From the NCBI GenBank assembly GCA_003427395.1, contig BFEA01000004.1, forward strand, positions 1,519,874 to 1,583,873: a DNA stretch of 64,000 nucleotides, written 5' to 3'. The notes under the pieces were generated by a model. It searched no databases, had not been told where the DNA came from, and saw only the letters and a program-made list of their open reading frames with translations. Shown here piece by piece: positions 51,001 to 64,000 of this stretch (positions are counted from its first letter, which is position 1; each line of letters starts with the position of its first letter). The translations under genes were made by a program, and so were the position numbers. This DNA is from Chara braunii. Its lineage: Eukaryota > Plantae > Charophyceae.

Positions 51001-54000
51001 GTTCGTCGAACGAACCCCCGGCTCGATACTTGCTGTCCTGTTGGCACTCGGAGCACGCGATTCGCGGCCAGTAGGAGGCGAGTGCGTGCCACGAGGCAGT
51101 TGTCAGGCAGTGAAAAGGCAACACAAGGCGGTAGGGGGGGAAGTTTATCTCAATGATGGCGACACGAGGTTCGGCGATGACGTGGCTTACGTGTAAGCTG
51201 GGAAACTGGGAGGGAAAGGGGATCGCACTTAGGGCCCGTTCAATGTCTTATTCACAGACACGTTTGTTTCCTGTCCGAAAGGGGAATTTTGGAGGGTTGG
51301 GTTTGTGGGTTGTACGAGAAGATAGGCGTTTTTCCACTCCCAGTATTCTCGAAATCGGTGGTGTCTCAGGCTTTCCCGATCAGTGATGTGGAAGGGAGTC
51401 CTATCAGCCATGCTATCGGGATTTTGGGCGTTTTAGACATGGACTCGAGTGCGGGTCTTGTAGACGCGCGTATAGGCGGGGGCTGCCTTTGATCGAGTCT
51501 GCCCAAGACCACGTTTACGGTCAATCGGTTCGGATCGAGTGGCTATCCCTTTGGTTGGGAGATTGCCTGGTCCGTCATTAGCCTGTGCGTGCGTCGAGAA
51601 ACAGATACTAGGAAAGCAACCCGTGGGCAATCACATATTTGAATCAGCCATTCGTTTACCCGCCAGGGCATACCTCAGTCGAGACCGCAGAGCGGTCGCT
51701 AGATCTTTCTGTTCAAAAGGGAATGGGAAGTTGATCATGCATACTCCAGCATCGATCGAACTCATGCATCAATCAACCATAACCAATAAATCGACAAAAT
51801 GTCACCAAGGGGGCCTACATCATCTTAACCGAATTAGACAATCGTCGTGTCCGGTTTTCACCGATCTGAAAAGAGAGTCATCACCCCACGCACAAGATCA
51901 GAAGGTTGGCAATTTCGTAACATGTATGAGGAACATCCAATCCGAGCGCAGGGTGGGGGCAGAAAAGCTGCGAATTTCGAGTTAAACTAGTCATCTAAAA
52001 ATTTTGCAAGGAGGGCTGAGGGAAGCGCGTGAGTTCATTCCACGCACACACCATAGGCAGAAAATCAAAAAGGATTTTCGAAAGGATTGAAAAAACGGTC
52101 GTACAAGGTCGGCCAAGGTGGAAATCAAAATTTAGACAGAAGATTGGAGAAAGGCATCATCCCACACACACATCTCTCTCTCTTCCTCTCTTCCACGCTA
52201 CATCACCTCTAATGCGGGCGGTTCGTCGCCTCGCACCAACATCGAGTCGTCAACCCGCTTAGCCCAAGTACGTAAGCCAAGTTCGCCCGTGCGCCACAAT
52301 CCGTCGCGGTCCGCACGTCAACCCTGCATACTCAGCATCAGCTCGTCGGGTCGCCCAACTCCCACATTAACTCACCTCTTCACTTACACGTTAGTTGACC
52401 CTCAGTGATCGTGCTGACCCTTGGAATGTCCCGAAATTTTTAGAGATAAAACTTTAATCGCGCTCGCAAGATTTATAGCGTGCATGCATGCGCGGCGGAT
52501 CCGGGATTGCACTTTCGAGAAGGAGAGGAGGAGAAAGGAAGTGCCTAAGTTCTGCATGCCCAGGCCATGGCGTAGGGGACATAGCCACTCTCCACACATC
52601 GATTTGAGCATGCAACGTCTTGGCCAATCAGATCGTAGGGAGGCACATGTATAGAAGGAAGAAAGGAAGCGGGAAGAAGGCGAGAGAATCAAGAAGAGAT
52701 ACAGTTACAATTGCGTCCGCCAAAAGTTACAGTTACACGCAAGATTAAGGGTGCCACTCAGTCAGAACTCTGCTCCCGCCGCAGGAAGGCACACGCAAGC
52801 AAGAAGCACAGCGCAACAAAAATTTCAAAGTTTCTAAACTCCGACTTAAGTTCGAATTGCAGAAAAAGAAAATTTCAAAGAACGAAAACTCGAAAACAAT
52901 TTCGAGGATCCCACGGGGGCTCGACATCAATTGAAAGGAAATTTTGAAAAAGAAAACGACATTCCCGCACGTTCGTCGCGCCAAAATTTTCGTTCCCCTT
53001 AGCCTCAGCAGAACAAGAAGGAAGCTATGCCACAGTTATTTCTCTTGCTCTATAAGGCGAGCTCTCCTAACTGCCTACGCGGGACTTTTTTCGATACTGG
53101 CCTAACAAAATCAAAAAGGAAAACGAAAAAGAAACGAGGGCATACATGCAACTCGCCCAACCGACCCATCCCCACGTACTTCACCTGACTAACCCGGCCC
53201 GTTCCCCCAAAGCAGCTTTACGCGGAAAGTCGCGTGATCACAAAAAACGGTTCGTCACAAAAACTTTTAAGCATCTCGTAAATATGAGGATGTTCTCCTG
53301 AAGTTGTCTCCCCCAAATAAACCTGATTGTGCGAGGGGTGAATAATGTCAGGCATGACTAAAATCATGTGATTGGATAAAGTTGTCGCCATTAGCTTATA
53401 AACTGTTGTAAGTAGGGTCATAGATTGGTAATTGAGAATATCTTATCGCTTTTTTTATAGAGGAGGGTTGACACCCCTTGCCCCATCACTGCGTCTATTT
53501 GCCGTGTGATCCAAACCGCATGGATGTAGTCCATCAGATCATGTGACTTGGAGAGGGTAGACCACGAAGATTCTCAAAACTCTTTAAGAAAACCATCAAT
53601 TCCTGGGGTTTTATCCTCGTCCATCATCATCTGGGCAGTCCATACCTCGAGGTGTTGATGCAAGAGGAAGGTAAACTTCTCAATGTCTCGTGTTTTTTGG
53701 TCTCGAGGGAGGTGAGAGCGGTGAGAGGTGAGAGCAATGGGAGGTCAAGCGTTATTGATACCAGTCCCGAGCAATTCGAACACATTGTGGGGTGGAGGTG
53801 GCGAGTGGCATCATGGTTTGTCATGGGTTGGTCAAGGTATCGATGATGCACTGGTCATTCTTGGCTTTGGTTATGATAAAGAATTTGGCTTTAAGGCCCT
53901 TTGTGGTGTCAGAATGGCAAAATAGTTTGCCTCTGATCCGGGATGTCTTGCCATTAACGTTCTTGAAAACCCAACAATTGTTCTTTGATCGATTGGATGG

Positions 54001-54750
54001 TGGTGAAAATGGTGTTCGGGTTCCTCTCCCAGGTTCCAGATTCAACCTGCATTTGTTGTAGGTTGTATTGAAGCTTGATCATATCAAGGTTGCGCTGAGC
54101 TGTTAAAAGTTTTGAATATTCATTGCACTCACGAGCCATAAAAAAAGTTTGATGTTAAACCAGAGGATATCATTGCCGATTATCTTCAGTTGTTCGTGTG
54201 AAAATACTCAAACATCCTTGAGGTACTGTTGAAAGTTATCTATTTTGAGTAAGAAAGTGTTTAGCTTGTAGAAGTCGTTATCTTGATCCGACGTTTTCTT
54301 GAATTACAAGATGGGCAAGCACATTGGTTAGTCTAGGTTAGGGTATGGACTTCAAGGAAAAATGTTTGTGTGTTGGAGCGCTCCCGACATCTCTTCGGGC
54401 AAGAGGATACGGTCTATGCAGGTCTTTGAGGCCGGCACTGTATGACTCTTGCGGTAACAAGAGCAGGCTTGGCGTGTGGGGAAGGTGGAGAGAAGACAAA
54501 AATTTGAGTGCTCATCAATTTCCACGTACGAGGAGGGCGGGAAGGGGATTCTCTAGCGGTCCAGACCTTGATTCGGAGCAACCTTAAAATCTATGCCACT
54601 ATAGTAGGGATATCAAGTGAGAATTCCGGTTTGAGGGATTAAAAAAAAAACGTTGTTTGGCATGCGGCTCGTTTAGTCCACAGACATACAGGATGCATAG
54701 GACTTGAAGTTTCATAATGACCAGGATGGACACCCACTTGCCCTCCTCCT
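48034..54750 (-). mobile_element. Degenerate L1/Tx1-like LINE (element C) interrupted by a solo LTR
   Basis: Minus strand: DFKVAPNQGLDR (~54570), DKTPGIDGF (~53600), TLLTTVYKL, then after the LTR FIDFEKSYAHVN (~50580), GVR*GDP, LFVNDL (~50270). T-rich tail at 48034-48052. 90-bp tandem duplication at 48530-48708. Confidence 0.85.
50626..53259. mobile_element. Probable solo LTR (~2.6 kb) inserted in the LINE C RT domain
   Basis: Ends TGTGACG...CGTCACA (7-bp inverted termini, TG..CA). Flanks aagaa / aaaa form an imperfect 5-bp TSD. The LINE RT reads through once it is removed. No recognisable gag/pol. Confidence 0.75.
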
Positions 54751-55489
54751 GATTTGTTTCCTAGTACGGTGGTTTTGCTCAGACCCTGGGGGAGCTAGAT
54801 GGTGAGTCCAACACTCATGGCCCAAGGGGCATGTGCTCGAAAGGTCGGGAAGGGTCTGATTTTCATCCGTGAATGATGATGGTTCATTGTGTCCATGAGT
54901 TTCTGGACATAGATATCGTTTGACATATCTCTTTTGACCCCTCTAAGTTGTTCCCACATAGCCTGTTTTTTATTTGGGTCGGTTGACGCTAGTTTGTTAA
55001 TGTGAAGCAAAGGTCCAAGTGTGCAGCCCATTTCCCTTATTTCCACTTTTTTTTCTAACCGTATAATGTTTTTATAGCAATTATCTTAAACTGTTCAAAA
55101 CGTTCGAGTAAGAGCCTAAAAAAAAGTTAAACTAAAGATTTGTATCGAACTCAGCTGTGTTTGTATGATGTTAGAAGGGAGTTGGTGGAACGGTGGAAAA
55201 AAAGAGCATGGGTGTCAGATGAGCAGCTCAATTGATGTGATCCCAAGGCCTGTACATAAGTTTTTTAAGGGAAAACTATGGCGCGATGACCGCAGTCAAG
55301 GTTTTCAGGTTTAAATGTGTTTCAGTTACAGTTTTGCAAATTTTACTTCAAAGTGAGGAAAATCGTGAATGTATTCACCCAACCCTTAGGGTGAGGTGGA
55401 GATGTGTTGTTTTCGAGGGATGTCTAAAGTGGATTTATAATAGAAAACGTGACTGCACCGTAGTTACCGTTTTTTTTTTTTTTTGATGA

Positions 55490-55920
55490 TCCTTCCCAAT
55501 TAGTGCCAGACAAGTTTAATGTGGCTCATAGTCCACCTTCCAATTCCCACGGCCGAGTGGTTATCCACTAAGAGTTGGTATACTGATGCAAGTTGTCCTC
55601 TTTGTAGTGAACCTTTGAAAGACATCCCGCATCTCTTCATCACATGTCATAGGTACCAAAAAATGTTGAAGTGGTGGATAGATGAGGTCTCGGTGGATAG
55701 GTGAGGTATCGACGTTCAAAGTCCCGCTACGACAGAAGGGGAAGGAGAGTGGAGGTCGAGAGTGCTATTAACATCACCGGTGGAAGCGAGTAGAGGCTCT
55801 GGGACGGAAAGGGCATAAAAAATTACTCGGGCGGCTATTTTGTGGGCTACATGGTGTTGTCAGAAGAAGAGCACCGGGAGGGGGATTGCCTTCTCTGCAA
55901 CCGAGACAAAGGCGTATATC
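55490..55920 (+). mobile_element. LINE ORF2 C-terminal zf-RVT remnant
   Basis: WLIVHLPIPTAEWL..CPLCSEPLKDIPHLFITC (CCHC). Confidence 0.75.
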
Positions 55921-58742
55921 ACTTGTATGTGGCCCAATTGAGTAAAAACATTTTTAGTTAAACGAATTTGGACACTTTTGTAATGACCTGTATGTTTCCT
56001 AAATTGTGGTTTGTTTGCAGGCATGACTTTAGGAAGTATTGATGGTTTTCCAAGCAGATTTCGATAGGGAATGAGGGAGAGTAGGGTCGGACACACTCAG
56101 CATGAACTTAATTTTTGGGAAAAACTTGTCCAACTTCCCTAGATTAATTATGCTAAAAACACATATGAGCAGACTGACCTTTGGTGATTTCCTCGGGGGG
56201 TCAGGATCACGGGGATAGGGAAAACGTTTTGTTTTTTTTATCTTGGGGTTGTCGGGGGCCTGCCTTCCACCCCATGTCAACATCTATAGGTGTATTATAC
56301 AGGTTCTGACCCAAAATCAAAGAAGCAAAAGCAAGGTGACAGTGAATTATAATATACGACAAATGAAAAACATTTCAACGTTAAAGGGTGTGATGGAACG
56401 AGGATGTGGAGGGAAAAAGAGGAAATATATCAAGCAAGAAATCAAGTAGAGGAAATAATATTAGTGGAGATCGTTGGGGGTAAGGGGAAGGGGGGGTTTG
56501 GGCGTTCGCCTACCTCAATTGTTGGGTACCATAGGGAGTTTCCCGGTTGCGTTGGATCGCCTGGCATGCTCCTTGTACTCTCCAATTACAAAAATGTTTG
56601 TTGTATAAAACATGGGAAGTTGAGTCAGGTTCACAGCAAGTGCTGCTCCCCATGAATAGATTGAGTAATATGTTAGGAAAAAAAAAAAAAAAAAAAAAAA
56701 AAAACGGATCTTCTTGTTAGTGAATGAATGGAGGCATTTTTTTTTCTTCCTACGATATTCTTCTGAAGTGTTTTTCATTGTAATCCTATAACGTACATTG
56801 GGCCCAGTTCTTAGCACGTGTCGCTCCCCATTATTAGATCGGAGCATTTGTTTATAAAAAAAAGTTTAAAAAAAAAAAAAACTTGGGTGCTATTCACTAG
56901 ACCAAACCCATACAAAACCTAAGCCCGACGCTATTGTTCTTTTTTTCATCTTGAGATAGTCCCTAAAAAAATTTATTCAGCAGGATTTGAACTAATGATT
57001 CAGTTATCAACAACTATATGCGTGTACCGGTTATCCACGAGGTAAGTACATTATATTATTCTCACCGGCATACACATGATAGTATGTCTGTTATGACAGA
57101 TATAAACATAAGACCATCAGTCTGACCAAGCTATGAGAAGGCTAAGTCCTCGACAATCCATAGTATCTCCCACTAATGACAATCAAAGAGTACCCTGTGC
57201 CCTACATTGTCTTACAAAAAAAAAAAAAAAAAAAAACATCACGCTACGAAATCTCTATCCCGGTGGCGGTAAGTGACTCTCCCAGATTGAGACTTACGAG
57301 GTGACTGGCTCATGTCTATTTGTGGGGAGTAAAACCTGTTGTAAACTGCGTTCACTGTCCCTTTCAAGACTGTTCCGCATGTTAGGGATTAGGACCAACT
57401 TCCCTTGCATCATAGAGTAAACCCCCTGGAGTAGGCTCGCCCCTTTTGTGACTCACGATCAAACCTCAAGCCAATTTAACCTACAATCCTTTATTGTTTT
57501 CCCAGCTTGTCCTAACCACTCATGCTTAAAATGTGGTGTCATTTTTTGTAATTTTTTTACCTAAATTACCAAATCTCCCTAAATTTGGACCAGCAATGAA
57601 AATTTTGGCAAAAATACCCAATTCGAAGAAAAAAATGACGAACTTTAAAAGCTACTCCAAATAGGTTCTTCTAGTGTTTTTAGAGTTTTGTTCTTTCGTT
57701 TTTTTTTTTGCCTGTTTTTTTTTTTTGCCTGTTTTTTTTTTTTATGTTTGTATTATGAGCCTACATTGTTTGTTCGTGAAATTTTCGACGACATTGTTTG
57801 TGGTGATGTGGCAAAAAAACTGAAATTTGAGTCGTCCATTAACCATCTCTCGTTAAAGTTGCGACTTATCCCTCTTATGATAAAGCCTTTTCTACCCCAT
57901 CCCCCATTCATGCTACTCCAACACTCATAACCCTACTCAGAATCAGATGGTTGACAACACTAGGGGGGACTATGTTGAGGGGAGCAAGTTGAACGGGGCA
58001 GTCTGGCTGAGACAGATAAAAAAAAAGTGTAATGAATGTTTACATTTTCATGATTTTTTCGTGTCTCAAATCTTTCCAAATTTGTTGAGTACCACTTAGT
58101 TTAGCCATTACCGGATGTGTCTGAGCCACACTTCTGGGAGTTCTTTTTTTGTGGGACAAGTATATTGCTATCACAATCGAGGTTCGAATGGGCAAAAAAA
58201 AAAAACATTCCAGCAGGTCAGTCACGTGCCGAGTGCGAAATGGTAATAAAAACATGGCACAACTTTGGAATAGGCAGATTAGGTTTTATGCAAGGAGGGG
58301 GTCATGGTGTGCAAATTGCTATGTTTTTGTTTTTTTACCATTTGGGACATGCACGGCAACAGATCTGTCAACATGAGTTTGTTTTGCTTTTTGAAACTCA
58401 AAACCTGAAGTAGCCATACTCGTTTTGATTTTTTTTTTGTCATGGGTCATATATCGATGAGGACTGAATCACCGAACATGACTATTAACCCTGCTTCCCA
58501 TCCATTGTCGACAAATTGAATGTGGTTTCGCACAATCCACATGGTCTCTCGCTTATGACCATCGATGATTACTTTTTGGGGTAACCAAGGCGCAATCACG
58601 AAAGCAGTTTCTAAATGTTCTTCGAACTGCGTTTTAGCACTCCAAACTCCGCTTTATAGAAAAGTCATACCGCCGAGTTTCTAACTGGCAACTGAAGTTC
58701 AGTCAAACACGTGTCCGTTTTCTTAGGGGGGAGAGTTCAGTA

Positions 58743-58907
58743 GAGTCACCAAAATGAGTTATAATTGTACTATGGGGCAAAATACAGTTTGCAATTGCAC
58801 TTCGAGCACCCTACATGGCCAAATAGTTGGATTATATACGTTGCCCGAACAACAGTTTAAAACTGTATCGTGGCCCATAGTGCAATTATGACTTATTTTT
58901 GTGACTC
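58743..58907. mobile_element. 165-bp MITE-like element, copy 2
   Basis: Same TIRs and length as 13083-13247. Confidence 0.8.
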
Positions 58908-59849
58908 CTGCGTATTTATTTATTAACTTATTTATTTTTTTAATATCGGGCGTGGCTAAGGCATCTTGTCAATGGCCTAGCCAATACCTCGGCTTGACCC
59001 GAAAAAAAAAAAAAAAAAAAAAACGGACTGAAGTTACAAACTCTGCAATACGACTTTTATGCAACGCGGAGTTTCGACTGCATTGTAAACTTTCGATCGG
59101 ACTGGATTGCAAAAACTGTGTTTGGAATGTATTTTGAAACTTGAACCATGACCGCGTCCTATTTTTCTCTTACTTCTTTTTTTTTTTTGTCAGCAATTCT
59201 CTTACATTGGTTGTTAAAAAAAAAAAAACACAAGTATTTGTGCCCCATTTAAAGATGAAAATACTTGCTATACCCAACCCCAGTGACCAACTTGTATCAT
59301 TACCCGAAAATTTACATGTGCAAATTATTTATATACCCACGACGGAGGAGGACCAAGGTTGTTAACGCTAAATTGCAGTTATATTCAACTACCATAATGT
59401 TAATTATGCACATACCCGACAAATTATGTGTATACCCAATTTTGTGTGTGGGGTCCTGGACATAAGCATAATTTTGTGCTCCCTAGCCCATGGCCTGTGA
59501 GACTGAGTCCGAATATAAGTTGGCACACAAAAAAAATAGGGCATCACCTTAAATTGAAGGAGGTCTGGGTATAGATGCAAGTTGGGCGTTCGACTGGGTA
59601 TAGTGGATATTCACATTTTTCAGTGGGGTACAAAAGTCATTTTCCCCTGAAAAATAAATAAATAAAACTTGCATTTGTGGTAAGGAAAACTATTAAATAA
59701 GGGTTTCGATGACTCCCTTAAGTCAAAATAACTTTAGGAGACCTTGTAGGCTATGGATGATGAAAACATTTCAAGACTTAACACATTTTATAAGGAACTC
59801 TGGTTGCACGTTTAGGATCTTCTCAAGGATCGTCGGATCCCTTTTATCA

Positions 59850-60600
59850 ACCTTCTTATTCACCCTATCCATTAGGTTCATGCACCAGATAAATATTCAG
59901 GATAACATTATGTTGGTCAACGAGACCATAAAATATGCCACGGAGAGAAAATGTGAGGCAGCCACTTTGTTCATTAATTTCCAAAAGGCTTATGATCACG
60001 TGAATTACATTTTCATGGATATGAGCCTATATTTATGACTTTAGACTAGTATTCAGAGTCTCGATAAATAAGCTACACAAGTTCGCCCCCACAAAGATCA
60101 TGTTTAATGACCACCTATCCTCCCCATTCTCTTTCCAGAGGTCTTTGTGCCAAGGGGATCTTATAGCATCGTTGCTTTTTGTTCTTATAATGGAGGCTTT
60201 GGCAGCAACAATATTCTCAACCCAAAAATCAAGAGGATAAACATCCCGAAGATTTCAGTTTATCTCATCCCTATAACCTCATTTTTTGCAGACAACCTTA
60301 CCGTCCAAATGAAAGTGTCCCATAATACCTTGAGAGTCTTGTCACACACAATTGACAGTTGTTTTTGTGGCAATAGACATGAGGGTGAATTGGGGGTTCA
60401 GGATAGAAGGTTGGTGAATCCACCCAGATGGCAAGGTTCTGCCAGTTGAACCGCGCATCAACTTGAAACCAGAAAAAAAAACATGGGTGAAACTGCACAA
60501 TAACGGAGTTGATTGGGCAATGATGAAAATATATGTCACGATGGATAAATTCGAGAGGATAGTTTTTTTTCGTGAGCTCATATCACGCACCCTAAATGTA
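59850..60600 (+). mobile_element. Decayed LINE RT remnant
   Basis: IQDNIMLVNE..LFINFQKAYDHVN, QGD, FFADNL. Confidence 0.75.
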
Positions 60601-62393
60601 GACAACCTGTTGATAGTTAGAGACTAGAATTGCACGTTAAATGGCATAGAGGTCACGATGCCAGAGCGACAGATAAAATCCTCTTGCTGGAATAAATGCT
60701 ATAGTGAAAACTTGTTAATTTTTTTTTTCATGCTTCGAGCAAATGACAGAGAAACTTGGTTTTGTGCAGCATAAGAAGGAGGAACAATGGGCTGCCATAG
60801 AACGCTAGATGTTTTTTTAGCAAGCCCACAATGGAACGAAACAGTTGTTAATGTGAAGGTTGTTTCATAACCGATTTCATATTACTATTTATTGTTTTTT
60901 TCAAACAACCCGACTCTCAAGAAAGAGGGAGAAGGTACTTAAGACTGAATACTCGTAACCTCGAGGATTCGAATGTCCTAATCTGCGTAAACAAATTTTA
61001 GGAAAGTTGGGATTTCAACAAGTACCGCTTTCAATCTTTCGGTGAATGGTGTGACACATGCATATCCATCACATCGAATATGCTCAGTGTATTTTTAAAA
61101 ATTTTAACAGACAAATTGACGCAAAGATTCTGCAAACGCAGGGCTACAAAGAATGAAGCTATATTGCTTATGCAATCAGAGCGGTTATCTTATGGGTGAT
61201 TTGAGACGAGAGAAACTTATTGGTATTCAAAATAAAATTCTTATATGATATGACCATTAAAACGAAAATCTAACACAATATAATGTTGACCATCAAAAGT
61301 GCTTGGAACAGGAAAGTAGTGCCGTAGTGAAAGAGGGTAGAAAACTCGCTAGCACTAGATGGTTTCATAATACTTGAGCCAGAAAGAGAAAACTTGTTGA
61401 GGTAAAAACATAGAAGTTGCTGGTTTCAAAGTGGTTATTTACCACTTAGATAAGACGTGAACGCTCGATCTTAAGTCCAGTAGAAAACGATATAAATTGG
61501 TCGGGTACGTAAGGAGGGAGGGAGCGTTATTTATCTCCTTGGTCCCGAATTAGGATCCAATCTTCGCATTAGGAGTTTTTTTCTTTTGTATCTGGTTTTG
61601 TTGCCCTTTTGGAATTGTGGTTTCCACACCTCGAAATTATGAGGGTGTACTTTTGTGTATTTGTTTGCACTTAGGATGTAGGATTTAGGATCTTGGTAGT
61701 GGTTATATGATAGCTGTTTTTTATACATGTTTTTTTTTTTTTGCGTAGAAACCCGATAGTAAGATGAGGAACTATAACTGCTTGTCAAAGGTAGTGCAAC
61801 AGCCAAAGAGATGTGTGGGTCTGTAGCGAAAGACTGTATGCTAAACTGGATGATGCTTCCAGACGTTGTGGCCCAGGGGCCTTGTCCCACATGCACCATT
61901 GATTTCAGCTAACTCAACAGTGTGACATTGATAAAAAATATTTTTTAATTATAAAGAAATGGTGTTTTTTTTTTTTTTTTTATTTTTAAGATTCAGGATT
62001 GTGTTTCGCTTTTTATTCTTTTTCTCATGCGATAAGTCATTGTGAGGTTCCAGGTGTGAAAAGGAAAGTCCGTGCCTCTGACACACCATTCCACATAAAT
62101 ACCACGAGCTATCCACGAATCGACATATGTGACACAAAAACTTCATGAAGCCATTTGCCGCCAGCCTATGAACCAGGACGTTTTCTGGGACCCATACAAA
62201 CGAACACACCATGCAAGAAAGGGCGATGGTGTGAAATGGCAAAAAACAAGGGACTCCGTCATCCCGTGGATAACGGATTGACGAAATGGTTTAACATCAA
62301 CAATAATGGGAAAAAAAAGAAGGATTCGGCTAAAATAAAAAAGAAAGTCGCCTCGTTGAGCCATCTGAGACGAAAAAACGAGACAGAACCCAA

Positions 62394-62456
62394 GAACCTA
62401 GCTCAGTGGGTACACCCATGAACTGTTGAAAATACAGACCTGTGTTCGAATCCACA
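62394..62456 (+). repeat. tRNA-derived SINE head
   Basis: A box TAGCTCAGTGG and B box GTTCGAATCC; no intact acceptor or anticodon stems. Confidence 0.6.
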
Positions 62457-63031
62457 TGATGAAAGTTGATGAGTAAAAGTTGTAAAACCAACTATTTCTG
62501 AATTACCTATGACCGGTCAGCTTAATGATGATATCTCAAGGTCGTCGCCCTTAAAAAAAAAAAAAACAAAAAAAAAAAACAGCTAGCTCAACCAGAAAGT
62601 GGAAGGGTAGGGGCATTGTAAAGGAAAAAAGTTAAAAAAAACTTGTTTTTCAGTGCTTTTACGATGACAAAAATATGAACTGGGAGGGCATCCCGAAACG
62701 ACAATCATCCACCGCGCTATGTACATAACTCCTCGAATCTCCGGTGTCGCAGCGGGTCACACGTCGTTGAAAACTCAACGTGGGACAAGGTCCTGGGAGT
62801 GATGCGGAGGTCCCCGGCCTTTGAGGAAAAAAAATAAAATAAAAAATTATGGGGGGCACCAGTACGGTCGCTCATCACGGGCAAGCATAACATGTGGGAA
62901 AGCAAGGAATGTCCATGTCGGGAAACAAGGACTGTCGAGTGTGAAAGATCAGGAGGCTCCCCCTGGTACCCCGTCATCACCCACTTCCCCTTGACCCCTT
63001 CCTCCTCAGCCCTGATTGAAGCATAGTCTGA

Positions 63032-63109
63032 CGAGCCCTGTTCTACGAGTACTTCGAGCCCTGTTCTACGAGTACTTCGAGCCCTGTTCTACGAGTACTT
63101 CGAGCCCTG
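63032..63109. repeat. 23-bp minisatellite, about 3 copies (cgagccctgttctacgagtactt)
   Basis: Direct observation. Confidence 0.9.
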
Positions 63110-64000
63110 GTAGGGGTAGACATTCTACTACAAGTCCCATAGGTGAACCCTTTCCTTTTCGAGGGACCCTACCTGGTAGCCTCTGTCATCAGTTAGTCCG
63201 CGGCCACCATCCGTCTTTCCCCACCTCGGTCATCAGCTAGACCCCTCTGGTTATTCTCTGGAATTCTTCGACTCCCTCAAGTGGCTCGCATGCGGGCCAG
63301 CAGTTCCCACCGTGGATGCTGGGCACGTCGTCGCGTGCGGCACCTCCCGCTCCTGCCCTTTCCGAGCACCCCGCTTCTTTCACCCGGCGTGCTGACGTGG
63401 CATGGCGGAAACTGGGCAATCGGAATTGCAAATGGTGGCCAAGTTCTTAGAATGGGGCGCAGCCATGGGTATCACGGACGATTGGCGTCAAGGAGCAGCC
63501 ATGGGTATGATGGACGATTGGCGTCAAGGAGCGGCATCAAGGCGCCTTCACCCAGAGCGCGAGGCGGGAGATTGGTCAGCAAATCGCAGGGCGGGAAATC
63601 GAAAAGCGTACAGCAGTCCGTCTCCGGCTGACGTCGGGCAAAAAAAGTCCCTAGACATCGTAGGGCGTGCTCATGTGGATACAGAGAGGCTGACGCACGA
63701 TGGCTCGAAGATCGAGGGCGAGGGAGTGCCCCTCCGACGCCTCGCGAAGGAAGGCAAAAGAGAGCCATGTGTCAGCCGCATGCGTAAGGACAACGGAGAG
63801 CAGACCAAACAGAAAGAGGAGGAGGCACTTGCTGCTACCTCTGGTGAACGTCAGGAGCGCAATCTTAGGATTAGCTCTGTTACAGGGCCGTCCGGATGGG
63901 TACCAGGAGCGGAATCGGGGTCGGGATCAGAGTTGGGATCGGCGTCGCCATCGGGAGCGGGATCCGGGCCACTGCACCCACGCGGTCGTCGGAAATCGTG

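Overview
This is a repeat-dominated eukaryotic window, plant/streptophyte-like. The basis is plant-type U6 copies, a plant-type half-size ABCG gene, L1/Tx1 LINEs and long microsatellites; a charophyte alga such as Chara is my inference, not something the sequence proves. Only one host gene is evident: an intronless half-size ABCG transporter (40472-42367, +) whose frame is intact but whose ATPase motifs are altered (Walker B DE->DQ, signature LSGG->LSEG). The rest is nested mobile DNA. (i) Three large L1/Tx1-like LINEs on the minus strand: one runs off the window start, one is full-length with a 13-bp TSD, and one is split by a 2.6-kb solo LTR. (ii) A degenerate DIRS/PAT-type tyrosine-recombinase retroelement with RT-RNaseH-Dam-like methylase on + and the recombinase convergent on -, plus a partial second copy. 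(iii) Three decayed U6 snRNA copies, tRNA-derived SINE heads and a MITE pair. (iv) Short (TA)n-anchored repeats carrying a hammerhead-ribozyme core, resembling Penelope-like termini. (v) About ten copies of a ~55-nt double-hairpin motif shared by the 3' UTRs of different LINE families. Most short ORFs in the supplied track are spurious. All calls were made by eye, and boundaries of degenerate elements are approximate.
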